Virus record (IMG/VR): IMGVR_UViG_3300026270_000015
Span: 1-31,544 of that record
Length of the DNA: 31,544 nt
Source of the DNA: a virus
Taxonomy: Duplodnaviria; Caudoviricetes
Direction: 5' to 3' (one strand)
Each line of letters begins with the position of its first letter. Position 1 is the stretch's first letter. The position numbers and the translations under genes were made by a program. The notes under the pieces are model-generated. The model searched no databases. It saw nothing but the letters and a program-made list of their open reading frames with translations, and had not been told where the DNA came from. Positions 9,301 to 21,300 of the stretch are shown in pieces.

Positions 9301-12300
9301 TTAGATGTTGGAGAATAAGTATCTCCTGGTCCAGGTCTATTTCTGTCATATGGGTCAACTTGATACTCTTCTACAAGAACTGCAGGAGATCCTAAACCAG
9401 CACCAATGTCTGGTCTTGAGGTGTCACCAAACTTATGGTTTGGTTTTTGAATTCTCATTACACCAATTTTCAATCCCCGAGCATCAAAAACATCTGCGTC
9501 TTCATAAACCCTAAAGGTTCCAGATTGCATTTCAATTTCACAAAGTTTTGGAACAATATCAACTTGCTGACTATCCAGATACAAATAGTGTCTTGAGTAT
9601 GGTCTCAAACCATTTGCAGCAAAGTATACATTTCTAGAACGCATCCAGGGATCTGCTTCACCAGAGACTTTTACATCCTCAACATAGTCAAATTCTCTTG
9701 AAGGTCCTTTGAGTTTTCGTTTGTACTTAGTTGTAGTTGTAATTGTTGTAGTAGTGAATGCTCTTCTTCCCGTTTCGCCTCTACCGCCACCTTTTTTATA
9801 GGTTTGAAATTCAGTCTTTGTGTCAACATCTTTGGTGACTTTAGCTTCATGTTTCCATTTAGCACCTGTAGATTCGGTTCTATGATCATTAATATAAATT
9901 GTTCTTACCCAGTTATCAGATGCTGGATCCAGAACAACACCACCAACGAAAACAATAACGTTGAATGGGTTTACATTTTCAACATTAGTAGCGTGTGGTT
10001 GATTTAACCAATCTACCTCATCATATTTTAGTGTAAGAAGGTCTCCAGTTTTTTGAATATTTGGATCTAAGAGTTTTAGATTTTGACTGATGTCTGTTGT
10101 AGAAACGTCAATACCTGGATCCAATGCTAATTGTGCATTCATAGACCAGAAATCAACCGGCGCAATGCAGGTAGCACCTTCTTTAGAAATATCTACAGTT
10201 GAGAGACGTGGATCCATCAATGATTTGTCTCTGAAATCACTTACGATAAATCCACTCTTAAATCTACTAAGACCATTAGCATCAGTAACATCTAATGTTT
10301 TGGTGTTGAGTTCAAGAAGTGACAGACTTGTTACTTCTTCCAGATTTTCAATTCTTTCTTCAAGTTTTCCAATATCACGCATCGTGAATCTTCTATTATC
10401 ACGAAGAAGAACTTTGGGATCTTTGGTTGCATTATACAAATATGCAGGCAACAGAACTTGAGCAACTTCCATTGCATCATCCCCAAGAACTGGTGATTGA
10501 GGAATATCTGCTGGTTCTCCCTTGATAACTTCAACTTCACCCAAACGATTGATACTGACCAAATCAATTCTAGGCAGGTAATAACTATATCCTAAGAAGG
10601 AAGTCTCATCTGGAGAAACAACATACTTATAATTGTATTCATACTGTCTACTATTGAATGCAAATGGTGATGCTGCTGTAGCTAAATCAAATTCTTTGAC
10701 TCTAGGTCTAAAGTCTAATAGATCTGAACAGCGTAAACCATTTGGTAATGTTGGGATATCACTAGTAAATCTATCCTGTGCATAAGAATTTACAGTAAAA
10801 ATGTCACCAGTATTATTTGATCCAACTTTATATGAATCAAAGACAATCATTAATTGTCGAGATGGGACTGCACTACCCTTTCTTCTAACAATTCTAGAAT
10901 AATCACAGAATTGGTGACGATGACCCTTATCCAACCTATAATTTGCGGTTCTATCATTATAACTACCAGGTGTTATTTCCTGAATTACACTTTCAATAGA
11001 AGAATCTTTAAATTTGACAGATTCTCCTACAGAAAAATTGTTAGTATTTAACTTAACATATTCAATGCTATTTGCAGTACTGTTTACAACTTGTGCAACT
11101 GCCCTACTATCCTGACCTACAAGTTTTTCGCCAATAATTGCGTTCTGATCTAAAGCAAGACCAGTTGCAAAAGTCAACTTATCAAGAACAGGTGCTGCAG
11201 TATTGGTTGATTCGTAAACCGCACGTACATTTACAACATCGGGTACGTTTAATGAAATTTCATCATCTTCAATTCTAGTTCCATAGAACTTGGAAGTTGT
11301 AAGACCAACGGTTGAAGTTGCACCAGTGGTTCTAACAACTGATAATTTGTTAGATCTTGCAAAATCTTTTGTTTTATTAGTTACACCCTTTTTCTTAAGA
11401 GTTGCTTGAACAGTAACTGCCCCATTAGAAAGACCACTGAAAGTTACAGAGTGTCCATTTGCACCCAAAGTAAAGTTTCCACTATTGAGTGCAATTGGAC
11501 TGCCACTATTGTCAGTTATAGTATATCTTTCTGCATCAAATGTTTCAAAAAATACACTAGTAATTCCTGCATTCACATCTACAGCATCTGCAACTTCTAA
11601 AGTAATGCTATTACTTGTAACAGATTTACCTGTAATTTGTTTTGTGATCGTAAGATCAGCGTTTGCCAAGTCAACACTAGCAATATTCTCTACAGGCATT
11701 GTTGCATAGAGACCATTAGATCCGTATTGACGAATTCTTGGTGCTAACAATGAGAAATTGTATGTACCGTTACTAACAGCATTTGCATTTACATTGTTGA
11801 TGGATGCTGGTGCTGATGCCAGAGTTACTGCAGTTCCATCGGCACGAATTGCAGTAACAACATTATAGGTTGGATCCTGTGAACCTGTTTGATACTTTAA
11901 GATACTACCAACTTTGATACCACCTTCACCGTCTTGGAAATTTCTTCCAGATACTCTACCGGTGTTACCACCACTAACAACTAACTGATCCTTTACCCCA
12001 AATCTTTCAAGTTCTTGCTCATAAAGAATCGTATCTGCAATAAAGTTTGTAGATAATGCACTATTCAGTCCATCAGAATCTTGGAATACAGATTTAATAT
12101 CGGTTGTATCGTAGATTGTCATCGCTGTGATGCCAGTCTTAAATACAGGATTTTCGTTAATTATTACCTGCTCACCAATCAAAAATCGTCCAGATGTCTG
12201 AGTGAGACTATACTCATTTGAGTTAACTACTGAAATATATCCAGTAGCACCACTAGAAAGACCTCTAACATATGAAGTAACAGGGACTTCAGTATTGCTA

Positions 12301-13799
12301 TATGTGTTTGCTAGAGTTAACTTTGTATATGTTTGAATATCATAGAGATATAAATCCCAACTAGTTGATCCATCTTTGTAACTGTCATCAGTCACACCCC
12401 ACCAATAAACTCTTGCTTCGCCAACTTTAGTCGCTAATCCTGCGGCAGCAGCATCTCCAGTATTTGTATTACCTGCTGCATTTCTTCTTTCAGAATATAA
12501 TTCGATTATATTAGTATTAGTGCTGTTTGCACCACCTGCAGCAGTGTCACCAATGTTCAAATATGGTGTTCCATGAACATTGTTTACTCTTACTAAACTT
12601 CCAAGAGCAAAAGGAATCAGAGCACCACCCACTGGTTTAGTGGTTCTTGGTTTTTCTACGTCAATTATAGTTGAACCAACAAGATCAATATCATATCCTT
12701 TGACGTAAGCGGTGCCAGCAGACACTCTAACACCCATCAAATTCTCGCTAGGTGTATTTCCCTCATCAGTTACTTCATCCTCTCTGAAGAGACCTCCGTT
12801 GCCAGTCTCATTGTTTAATGTATCAACAATATCTACATTGAAACTATCAACAGCATAGTTGCCAGACTCTTCAAATGTTCTCTCTGCAAAGTAATCTCTA
12901 ATTAAACTATATTGCGATTTATTCTGTAATTTTTTAATCTCACCTTGATCAATCCTTACTAACTCAACAAAACTTGTATCTTCGTTATCAGTTAGTTGCT
13001 TTTTAGTTAACTTAAGTTGAATTTTTAATCTATCTGCACCAGGAGCAGCGTAATTTGTAAAACCTTTTGCATTATCATTCAGTTTTGGATCTTGATCAGA
13101 ATTTACAATTTCCTCAACAATATCATATCCAACCCTAAAGGATGGTTCATTATCATATGGATCGAGAACAATCTGTGCATTTGGAACATCAACAAAAGTT
13201 CCTCTAATAAAATATACACCCTCTGCTACACCAACAGAATATCCTGTATTTGTTGCATTTACTGAATTAATAGTAAATACTGTATCACCAGTGACAATAG
13301 ACGTATTTCCATACGTAATATTCTCCTGAAGAATCAGTACCTCACCATCTTCAAATTCAACACTTGTACCATCAACGCCACCATCCTGATACTTGACAAA
13401 TAATGTTATTTCCTCAACACCTTCTTCTGGTGGCAACAGATATCCTTTGATTGTTCCAACAATCTCCGAATTTTCCCCTTTTACCTTGGATCCTTTACCA
13501 TTGTTTGCGTTTATAACCGCATCAAGATATACTGTGATATCAATACCTAAATGGTCCCCATTGACCTTAACCGTAGTAAAGGCATTATCACAAGTGATTC
13601 CTCCTGGAATCACCATAGAACCCTCTTTGAACATATGACTGCCAAAGGATTCTATTTGGTTCTGCAGAATCGATTGAAGACCTGTTAATTCTCTAGCCTG
13701 AACAGGAAACCCAGGCTTAAACAGAACCTTGTAGAAATTATCTGCCTTATCAAAATCATCATAATAAGGACTTACGTTTAAATTCGTCTTTTGGGGCAT
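6390..13799 (-). CDS. vrlC: VrlC-like / DUF4815 large virion structural protein
   Basis: 2469 aa; MPQKTNLNVSPYYDDFD, YKVLFKPG.PVQARELT.LQSILQNQIE, APGADRLKI, DNRRFTMRDIGKLE.RI, DPLAQSF and C-terminal DFRAIALA motifs; follows gp8 as in cyanomyoviruses. Confidence 0.88.
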   Translation of the reverse strand: MPQKTNLNVSPYYDDFDKADNFYKVLFKPGFPVQARELTGLQSILQNQIESFGSHMFKEGSMVIPGGITCDNAFTTVKVNGDHLGIDITVYLDAVINANNGKGSKVKGENSEIVGTIKGYLLPPEEGVEEITLFVKYQDGGVDGTSVEFEDGEVLILQENITYGNTSIVTGDTVFTINSVNATNTGYSVGVAEGVYFIRGTFVDVPNAQIVLDPYDNEPSFRVGYDIVEEIVNSDQDPKLNDNAKGFTNYAAPGADRLKIQLKLTKKQLTDNEDTSFVELVRIDQGEIKKLQNKSQYSLIRDYFAERTFEESGNYAVDSFNVDIVDTLNNETGNGGLFREDEVTDEGNTPSENLMGVRVSAGTAYVKGYDIDLVGSTIIDVEKPRTTKPVGGALIPFALGSLVRVNNVHGTPYLNIGDTAAGGANSTNTNIIELYSERRNAAGNTNTGDAAAAGLATKVGEARVYWWGVTDDSYKDGSTSWDLYLYDIQTYTKLTLANTYSNTEVPVTSYVRGLSSGATGYISVVNSNEYSLTQTSGRFLIGEQVIINENPVFKTGITAMTIYDTTDIKSVFQDSDGLNSALSTNFIADTILYEQELERFGVKDQLVVSGGNTGRVSGRNFQDGEGGIKVGSILKYQTGSQDPTYNVVTAIRADGTAVTLASAPASINNVNANAVSNGTYNFSLLAPRIRQYGSNGLYATMPVENIASVDLANADLTITKQITGKSVTSNSITLEVADAVDVNAGITSVFFETFDAERYTITDNSGSPIALNSGNFTLGANGHSVTFSGLSNGAVTVQATLKKKGVTNKTKDFARSNKLSVVRTTGATSTVGLTTSKFYGTRIEDDEISLNVPDVVNVRAVYESTNTAAPVLDKLTFATGLALDQNAIIGEKLVGQDSRAVAQVVNSTANSIEYVKLNTNNFSVGESVKFKDSSIESVIQEITPGSYNDRTANYRLDKGHRHQFCDYSRIVRRKGSAVPSRQLMIVFDSYKVGSNNTGDIFTVNSYAQDRFTSDIPTLPNGLRCSDLLDFRPRVKEFDLATAASPFAFNSRQYEYNYKYVVSPDETSFLGYSYYLPRIDLVSINRLGEVEVIKGEPADIPQSPVLGDDAMEVAQVLLPAYLYNATKDPKVLLRDNRRFTMRDIGKLEERIENLEEVTSLSLLELNTKTLDVTDANGLSRFKSGFIVSDFRDKSLMDPRLSTVDISKEGATCIAPVDFWSMNAQLALDPGIDVSTTDISQNLKLLDPNIQKTGDLLTLKYDEVDWLNQPHATNVENVNPFNVIVFVGGVVLDPASDNWVRTIYINDHRTESTGAKWKHEAKVTKDVDTKTEFQTYKKGGGRGETGRRAFTTTTITTTTKYKRKLKGPSREFDYVEDVKVSGEADPWMRSRNVYFAANGLRPYSRHYLYLDSQQVDIVPKLCEIEMQSGTFRVYEDADVFDARGLKIGVMRIQKPNHKFGDTSRPDIGAGLGSPAVLVEEYQVDPYDRNRPGPGDTYSPTSKLINFGVRVLSTGDKFYGYVKKGAKVIGQTSGAVCTITRAELVSDNWGDIIANFFFRNPNTVPRPPIRVTSGTKTVKVTAVPPNTVVLPGSTVFASEAIGSYSGSGTILTQETSRVSVRNPPKPRRKKTEVEVKVKAPHRDPLAQSFTVDGKGCFLTSFDLFFATKDPGAKIFVELRTMELGTPTSFLVQDYTQVSLNPADININEANPFEPVPTRVRFPSPVYLEADTEYAIVILSPASDGYEMWTATMGKKTVRTTNLPDVQNVVVTKQYIGGSLFKSQNGTIWTPSQYQDLTFKLYKAKFVPSGAVTFYNSDVLPKGDNSAALEDNPIEGLPRKLKLPISGTLDAGVIAGVKVAEGATAPSINGIVENLGGPAVSGTGNVSIASSGTGYKPSISIANVDLVSLTGKGTGAKATLTIDSFGNVKTVNITTVGTGYVEGETVGIVTSTMAVSKRAGKGARFTLTGIGNADTLYLTNVQGENFTNSLNLFYYGDPTNETTRATAGVTINGTSTLIDDIYSGNVFRIKQHNHAHHGGNNKISVEDILPDTGRTTITGNFGETDAVVAVADRTLFETFEGITTSRGYALLNNEIISYNAITAGANNTGTLSIDARAVGNSVKSSHTTGEFIQPYEVNGVSLTRINTNHDIPATYYTDQNSNLDNYFLEFDRTAASPTPRGSGSGMINFESQKGFGGNTVGISQNYQFSNIEPMFNIITPGKGTSSSALIRTISGTSAGGNEVSFIDQGFEPVTLNKLINFDTPRMVASRVNEVERLGTLPNNKSLSMRVEFASTDENLSPVMDLQNATFILGRNKSNAPVKDYIDDSRANLIENDPHGAIFVTKQISLSQPATSLKVYIAANRQEDADFRVLYQLIKADSSEIEQKFIPFPGYDNLIDDDGDGFGDRTIDPEKSSGRADAFVAANDKEGFSEYQFSVNNVDQFTAFAIKVVMSSTNESTPVKLKDFRAIALA

Positions 13800-13802
13800 T
13801 TT

Positions 13803-15362
13803 TTAAAATTCCAGTATAATTTTGAGGTCTTCTTTTTGGCGGGCATTTCTAGCAATGCTAGCTCTATTGTCAAGATAGATTAATTCTCCTGACCCTTTAT
13901 TTATTTCAGGAACTGCCATGCCGCTGGTGAAATCAACACCAAGATTAATTAATTTTGTTCCTGTTGGATTTGTTGTAATTCCAGCAAAGGCAGTGTCAAT
14001 GGAAGCAGAAAAATTAGATGAATTTCCACTAATGACATTTGATGAAGATTCAAAATCATATGGTCTACCATTTGTAGATATACCAGCATAATCTCTCTGA
14101 TTAAAGGTTGTCTGATTATAGAAGAGAGATCTATCTCTAAAATACTTCAGAACCCTAGTTTCAAGATCATATGAGGCAACATAACCAAATGCTTTACCAG
14201 TTCCACTGGCAACAACTTGTTCAATCTTTTCTCCAACTTTTGGAGTTCCAGTGATCGAAGAGAATTTAAAAGAACTTAATCCAGAGAATGTATTTTCTTG
14301 ATATACATCACTAGTTCCAACTTTTGTTGGATTCTTTACAATACCAACCTGTGCAAAACTAGTATCAACTGGAAAATCCTTTGTAGAATCATCAAATCTT
14401 GCATAGACAAGAACTTTATCAGTACCTAATTCAGTATATACATCAAACCCATGACCTTTTGATGGGGGAATGATGGGAATTAAATGTGCAGGAGTACCAG
14501 TGCTGTTTGAGTTAATTGATCCCAAATCAACTAATGCATAACTATAGTCTTTTCCTCCAGAAGTGACTATAGTGTTTGTAATCTTTCCACCTTCTACATC
14601 AACTCTGACCTTTCCTCCAGTTCCATCACCAATAATATTGAATTCTTGTCCTAAACCATTTGCATAGTTGGAACCTGATGATTCAATATAAACAGTTTTA
14701 ATTTGATTCTCATTGACACTTGAATCTGCAGACTCTCTAATAGTTCTTATTTGAGATTCTGTGCTAGTTTGCCATTCATTAGGAACAGTGATGTATTCTG
14801 TGGAATCAAATTTGATAATATCACTTGGTGGAATGGTAAACAGATATTTCCAGACATATCCATCACCACTATCACCAGCTCTAGTTGGTTCTAAATCTGT
14901 AAACTTGGGTTGATCTTGAGAAACATTTCCTTTTGGATTATCACCACTAGATCCATTTTCAATACAGATGTAAACTCTGAAATCCTCATTCATTACATAA
15001 TAATTTGCATCATATAACCTAGATGCATTGGTTATAGGAGCTGGACTAGTAATGCTATAATCATCACGATATATTTCATACCTACTTCCAGATACCCAAT
15101 CAATACGACGAACTAATCGTCTCACATTTGCAGAAGTTACCTTCTTACCATATAAAACAAGATCACCTGCGTGATTGTTGTATGCAACATTATCAATTGG
15201 TGCTGGTGGATTGGTATTCCAAGCAACTGTCCTACCAAAACCAACATTAGTTGGGTTCGGTAGACCAACGGTGATATAATATGAGTTACTCGTAGATTCA
15301 ACAGAATCTACAAAGTTACTGGCATTCAAAATTCTAAATTGATCAGTAACAATTGCTGACAT
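13803..15362 (-). CDS. gp8: Baseplate wedge subunit (T4 gp8 homologue)
   Basis: 519 aa; MSAIVTDQFRILNA, YYVMN..FRVYIC..N, DGYVWKYLFTI, SGELIYLDNR and QKEDLKIILEF motifs. Confidence 0.93.
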   Translation of the reverse strand: MSAIVTDQFRILNASNFVDSVESTSNSYYITVGLPNPTNVGFGRTVAWNTNPPAPIDNVAYNNHAGDLVLYGKKVTSANVRRLVRRIDWVSGSRYEIYRDDYSITSPAPITNASRLYDANYYVMNEDFRVYICIENGSSGDNPKGNVSQDQPKFTDLEPTRAGDSGDGYVWKYLFTIPPSDIIKFDSTEYITVPNEWQTSTESQIRTIRESADSSVNENQIKTVYIESSGSNYANGLGQEFNIIGDGTGGKVRVDVEGGKITNTIVTSGGKDYSYALVDLGSINSNSTGTPAHLIPIIPPSKGHGFDVYTELGTDKVLVYARFDDSTKDFPVDTSFAQVGIVKNPTKVGTSDVYQENTFSGLSSFKFSSITGTPKVGEKIEQVVASGTGKAFGYVASYDLETRVLKYFRDRSLFYNQTTFNQRDYAGISTNGRPYDFESSSNVISGNSSNFSASIDTAFAGITTNPTGTKLINLGVDFTSGMAVPEINKGSGELIYLDNRASIARNARQKEDLKIILEF

Positions 15363-15379
15363 CGTTATCGTTTTTTATA

Positions 15380-15387
15380 TATTTATA
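15380..15387 (-). promoter_or_regulatory. T4-type late promoter (TATAAATA) upstream of gp8
   Basis: Exact TATAAATA in the 30-nt gp7-gp8 gap, 17 nt before the ATG. Confidence 0.88.
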
Positions 15388-15392
15388 GGAGA

Positions 15393-18300
15393 TTATTGAA
15401 TGTAGAATGACAGAGTGTTATCGGCTTCAAGACTTGTACCATCAGCGCGTGGTTTTTTGGAACGTACTGCTCCAGTCTTACCTTCACCAAAGGTTCCTCT
15501 TCTTTGGATAGTTGGGAAGGTTGACAACCCTGCATCAACAGTTAAACCAGTGACTCCAATAGAAATTCCATTGGTTCTGTTATCATAGTTATATATTCTT
15601 CCCCAAGAAAGTTTTCCAAGAGAAGTGGTTAATCCTGCCTGAATATCATCAAAATTACCACTTTCAAGTATTCCAATTACAGGACTACCTGAATCAACAT
15701 TACAAATGATTTCTGCATTCGACGCAAGACTTGTTATCGAATTGACAATATATACATTATCGAGGAATGTTGTGCCAATACCGACAACTGCAGAATCATC
15801 ACTATTTACAGAAGTAACTCCGTTACCAACTGTAGTTTCATAAATCATAATAGGATATCCTGCGACCAGATCTAGTGCATCAGAAGCGACATTTGCTTCA
15901 CCATTTTCACCATAGTCCTTCATTGCACGGAAGTTAAACTTCAATGCGAGTGGATGTCCACCAGTACCAGTTGTTGTACTAATTCCAGTAATTACTCCAT
16001 TGAAACCCTGAACATTTTGAACAGTGTTAATAGTCTCATAGAGAGGTGTAGGAAGTGCTGTAATGATTTTAGGTGGATTTGTATTTGTATATCCAAATCC
16101 AGGATTCGTTATAGTAACTACAGAAACTTGACCATTTGAAATGGTGGCAGTCGCAGTAGCAGTTGTTCCAACACCAACACCAACTTCTTTAGGTGCAGAG
16201 AACTTAAGGTCAATTGTAGAAGTGGTGTATCCAAGTCCAACATTATCAACAGTTATTGCAGAGACAGTGCCTGCAATCGAAACTGTTGAAGTGAATTCTG
16301 CAGAAACTGGTTCATTTGAAGTTTCCATCATAAATGCATCAAATGTAAATGTATTCTGATTGAGATCTAAAATGATTTCATCATAATCAAAGAATTGTGC
16401 ATTATCTACGAAGATATCAGTTGAAGTTGGTGTAACATCACCGATGATTTTTGCTGTTGGGAAGACTTTAGTTTCTAATACGGATCTTACCTTACTAATA
16501 ATATCTCCTTTAACGTAGATATCTTTCTTCTGTTTGATCCAATCAAATGGTCTGAAGTTGGTATCATCAACACCTGGTCCACTGTAGATATTGGTTTCTA
16601 TAATATCAGAACCCGTAATTTCGGTGATCGCTCTACTATCAATTTGTTTCTCAGTTGTTGAAACTAATGGTTGTCTCAACATTCTTACATCATCACCAAC
16701 CTTCAAAGTCTCTGTAGTTTCTACCTGGACAACATCAATACCATCTTGACCAAGGTAGAAGAAGATATCAACTTTATCATTGACTTTTGGCGCTTCCATA
16801 AACATAAATGAAGTTCCACCAGTAAACTGATATGAGTAACCAGGAGTCTGTAATACGCCATTAACAAAGATCACAAGAACTGAGTCAAGATCAATATTTG
16901 CAGAAAGAGGATTATTTGGATCCAATTCAAAACTCAGAAGTTCACCTTCGTAAAATAGTGGGAATCTCTTCCTTGTACCATTTTGATAACCGAAGATGCT
17001 ATCAATATAATCCATTTCACCGAAAGACCAAGAAGAGAATCTATCAGTAAATGTTTCTACAACTTCTAGTTGGAAAGGTGATACTGGTTGTGCAAAATCT
17101 TTTGCTGTTACAAGACCAACAGCTTCAAGAATATCACCAGGTTTGAATCCATATCCAGATCTTGCAATTTTGAAGGTATCAATTAAGAATAGTGTAGATC
17201 CAATACCAACATTACTTGTTCCTGCTGCACCTACTGTAAGATTGAGTAAGAGATTTCTACCAGTTTCAGTTGTAGCACCAATACCCAATCTGGAAACACC
17301 AACAACCTCTACATTCTCATAGTTTGGTTCAGGAATGATCAGTGCTGGATTGATATATCCCTGACCAGGATTTGTGATTGAGAATGCTAAAGTTCCACCA
17401 ATACCAACGGTTGCATCAATAACAGCACCAGTTCCACTGCCACCAGCAGACCCAACACCAACACTAATTGTATTAGTAGTGAATGATGTGATTGCTAAAG
17501 TTGCTCCTGCAGCAGGATCAGTTGCTCTTGGATATGGTTGCTCAGTGAAGAAGTCATCATTAGAGCAACTAAAGATCAGACTATCTGTTGCAATCTGAAT
17601 AGTATCTGTAGTATCCAAACCGTGATTTGGAATAGTCAATCTAAGCACGCCTGTATGAGAGGTAAAGTCTGCTTTAGTTGGTGTGAATGGTCCACCAGTG
17701 CTTGCAGTGATGCTGTTACTTGAAGATCTTACAAACTTGTGCTCATATGCCAGATCAGTGATACCAATAGAAACTGGTTCTCTGTATCCAGATCCAAAGT
17801 TATTAGTAAAGAATCTTCTAACAGTTCCACCAGTCTCATAACTATGTGGAATTGTAGAAGGACCTACTCTTATTGCAACTTTTGTTGCACTAATGACATT
17901 AATGACATCAACTGGATAATCATAATCTGGGAAGATAGTTGTTGTAACACCAGAATGTGCTGAAGCACAACTAAATTCAAGATTATTAAGTTTTACAAGA
18001 TCTCCACCTAAAATGTTATGAGAATCGTCAGTTTCAATTTCAAGAATCCCTGTAATATTATTATAAAGTGCGGTAGATATAGCAACCGCAGAACCAACTG
18101 TATTGATTCCAATAAGATCAGTTAGTTGACCTGTAGAATTCTTCAAGACTTTAATCTCTGCACCAACAAGAGGTGCATATCCAAGACCAGGAGTAGAACC
18201 TAAGGAAACAATCAGACCACCGCGTGGAAGTTGATTTTGGTTAATATCAAAGTCGGATTGAATAAATGATCCGTCTACAGAAGTAATACCTGTGTAAATT

Positions 18301-21300
18301 ACACTCGTGATACCTACTGTACTATCATTATCAATTTCATAGTTATTTCCTGCATTATTTTCAGTAGAAGGGGTCTGGAACACACCATTGATGAACAGAA
18401 TACCATTACCAGCATCAACACCAGTTGTATCTGCACCACCAACCTTCAATGTATATGTCTTACCAATACCAGTGAAAGAATCTGAAATATCATCAAATAC
18501 CATATTGGTATCATAATCAGATCTAAGGAAAGTTCTTCCAGAGAATTGTGCAGTTACATATGGAAGATTACTTTCATTTCTTCTTGCTCTGTTATTTCCT
18601 TTTGGTGGATCAATAAAATGAACTTCATTTCCAACAATGTTGAGAGCACCTCTGTAAATCTGAACGTTTGATCCATCGGAGTGAGACGTTGCTGCAGATC
18701 CGACAGAACCTCTTTGTACAGCAACTGTTGGGAATGTAGCAGCAAGACCAGCGGCAATAAGACCGTTAATTGGACCAAGAATTTCACCACTTACATTGGT
18801 ACTAAGACCAACTTCAATGACCTTCATATATTCATCATCAACTCTAAGAAGATCTCTTGGTTGAATTGAAGAAATACCACTAATGTTGAAAGTTGAAATA
18901 CCTGCAGGAATTCCACCACTTAAATAGTGACCATTAAAATCAAGTTTGTGATTGATTGGAGTGAATGTAATTGGTTGCTGTACAATACCATCAATAGCGA
19001 TAACGGTTTTACTTAACTTCTTAGTAAATTCTAATTCATGAGCATTTCCAATTCCAGAATCAGTGAAGGTTACAGATATACCTGCAGCAGCAAACTGTGG
19101 TGTTGTCGATAATCTAAAGGTATCTGGAGTTATGGCAATTGGGTAAACTCTATCTGGTAGTTTATCTGTAACAATACCAAGGTGATTGACAGTTGCACCA
19201 ATACCCATTGGTTGTGTGCCAATTCCAGCAAAAGTTGAAGTTGGTCTATAAATCAACTCTTCTCCAGTATTGAAGAAATGATCTCTTAATGTGAAAACAC
19301 CTGTTGAATAATTGATCTTAGTAGTATCTGCAGGATCAAATGTCTTCACATAAATTGGTTTACCTTCATGAGTTAGTGTAAAGTTCGTCCTATTTGCTCT
19401 TAGACCATTGAGTCCATCAAATGCTGAGAGGAATACTAACTGACTGGTTGGACCATATGAAAGTGGATTTGCTTGGTTATCAAAGTCCATCTCTCTGTAG
19501 AACACTTCACTAAATGCTTGTGCCTCTACATCATATCCAGAATCTGGATAGAAATTGAGATAGAATTCATCACCATTAATCTCTGAACCAAATGTACCAA
19601 GACCAGTAACATTATCAACTGGTGCAAATGGTCCAGGAGTAACAGTTACCTCATTAGTTCTTGAATTTGAAAGAATGTTAACTTGGTGTATTGCTGATGT
19701 TGTTCCAGCAGAAACACGAACAATTGCTGCCGCAGCAGAAATAAATTTATTATCAAAAGTTCCAACTCTTACCTTATCAGTTCCAAATCCAATAGTAGAT
19801 TCAAGTCTTGCACTTCTTTCAGTTCCTGCAGGTTGATTATTAAGAAGGAATCTATAAGTTCCAATTCCAGTTGTAGTGTTACCGAATCCAACAATGTGAG
19901 TTCTATAATCGAAAGCATCAACCTCATCAAAGTTGCGACCACGTACAGAAACAATACCTGAATTAGCATCATAAATTGCACTAACAAGTCCAACATTTGA
20001 GGCACTGTAAGATTGAGTATTATGGTCAAAATAATATTCACTTACATAAGTATTAGTTCCATCAAAATCTATTGCAGCTTCAACATAATTAGTTTCTCCA
20101 CTAAATCTATTGGAAATCTCAATATTTGCAAATAGTCCATTAAAATCATTACCATCAAACTGTGCAAGTGTTCCAATATCATTACCACCAGGTACGCTAG
20201 AGAGACCGACAAAAGAACTAATAAGATTTACAGAACCGATTGCCTGAGTGCCAACACCAGAGTTTCCAGGAGGAAGTGCTTGGAACAGATATGATTTCTT
20301 GAGTACTTTGATGTCATGATCAGTTTCAAAAGCATCTGTTGGAGTAAAGACAAGAGTCTTTCTTCCAAAACTATCAATATTTGCTGTAAAATCTCCAAGT
20401 TTATTTTTTGTAAATGAACTGTACTTTTCAAACAAGAAGATATCATTAGTAGTTGATTGAACAACTAATTCTGATAATTGAACATCCTTACTATCTGGGT
20501 CAGCGATTTGTACAACATATCTTACATGATTGTCTACAAAATCTATTTCTTCGATTTCAACAAAAGTATCTTTAAATCCTCTACTTGAGAACTTGTTACT
20601 AATATCATCATGAATAAGAACTCTATTAGTTCTACATTCAATATAATCTGTCAACTTTCTATTTTGAATTTGTAGAGCATTCGATTGTGTAAGACCAGTA
20701 ACAGGACTTACTCTTGGGTCAACATCTACAGCATTATCAAAATTGTTGATAATATCAACTCTTCTTTCATTAACTACATCAAGAATTACAATTGATGTAG
20801 TTGTTCCGCCAAGACCAATACCACTTCTACCAGTAGAGGTTACACCAACATCAGCAAAGTTTTTAAGTCCTGCTGGGTGAACAATACTGTTTACTGGGGT
20901 AGAGAGTTCATCCCAGGTTATTGGACTCTTGATAGAATATGAAAGATTCTGATAATAATCATTATTAGGAGTTACTTGATAATCCTCACTAATCTTACCG
21001 ATATCATCATTCCAACCAAGTTCCATCCTTGAGGAATAATCAATTACAAATTTCGCTCTCTTTCTATTAATATTAGTTACTTCTGCAACTACACCACTGA
21101 TGATTCCTTTGATGATATCACCTTTTTTGAGATTATATCTTCCATTATATTTGATATAGTCATCTCTTACCAAGGAGATAAAGGCATCTTCAGAACGGAA
21201 TCCATTGCCATCACTATTAACAAACAATCTTTCATTCTTTGTGAATGTTCCTCTCTTCTGCTTGATATTAATTCTAGGGTAGATATTCTCATTAATAAGA

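Noticed and set aside
9700-9800. Basic and Thr-rich stretch in the VrlC-like protein (KKGGGRGETGRRAFTTTTITTTTKYKRK)
   Set aside because: In-frame low-complexity variable loop; no intein, frameshift or DNA repeat signature.
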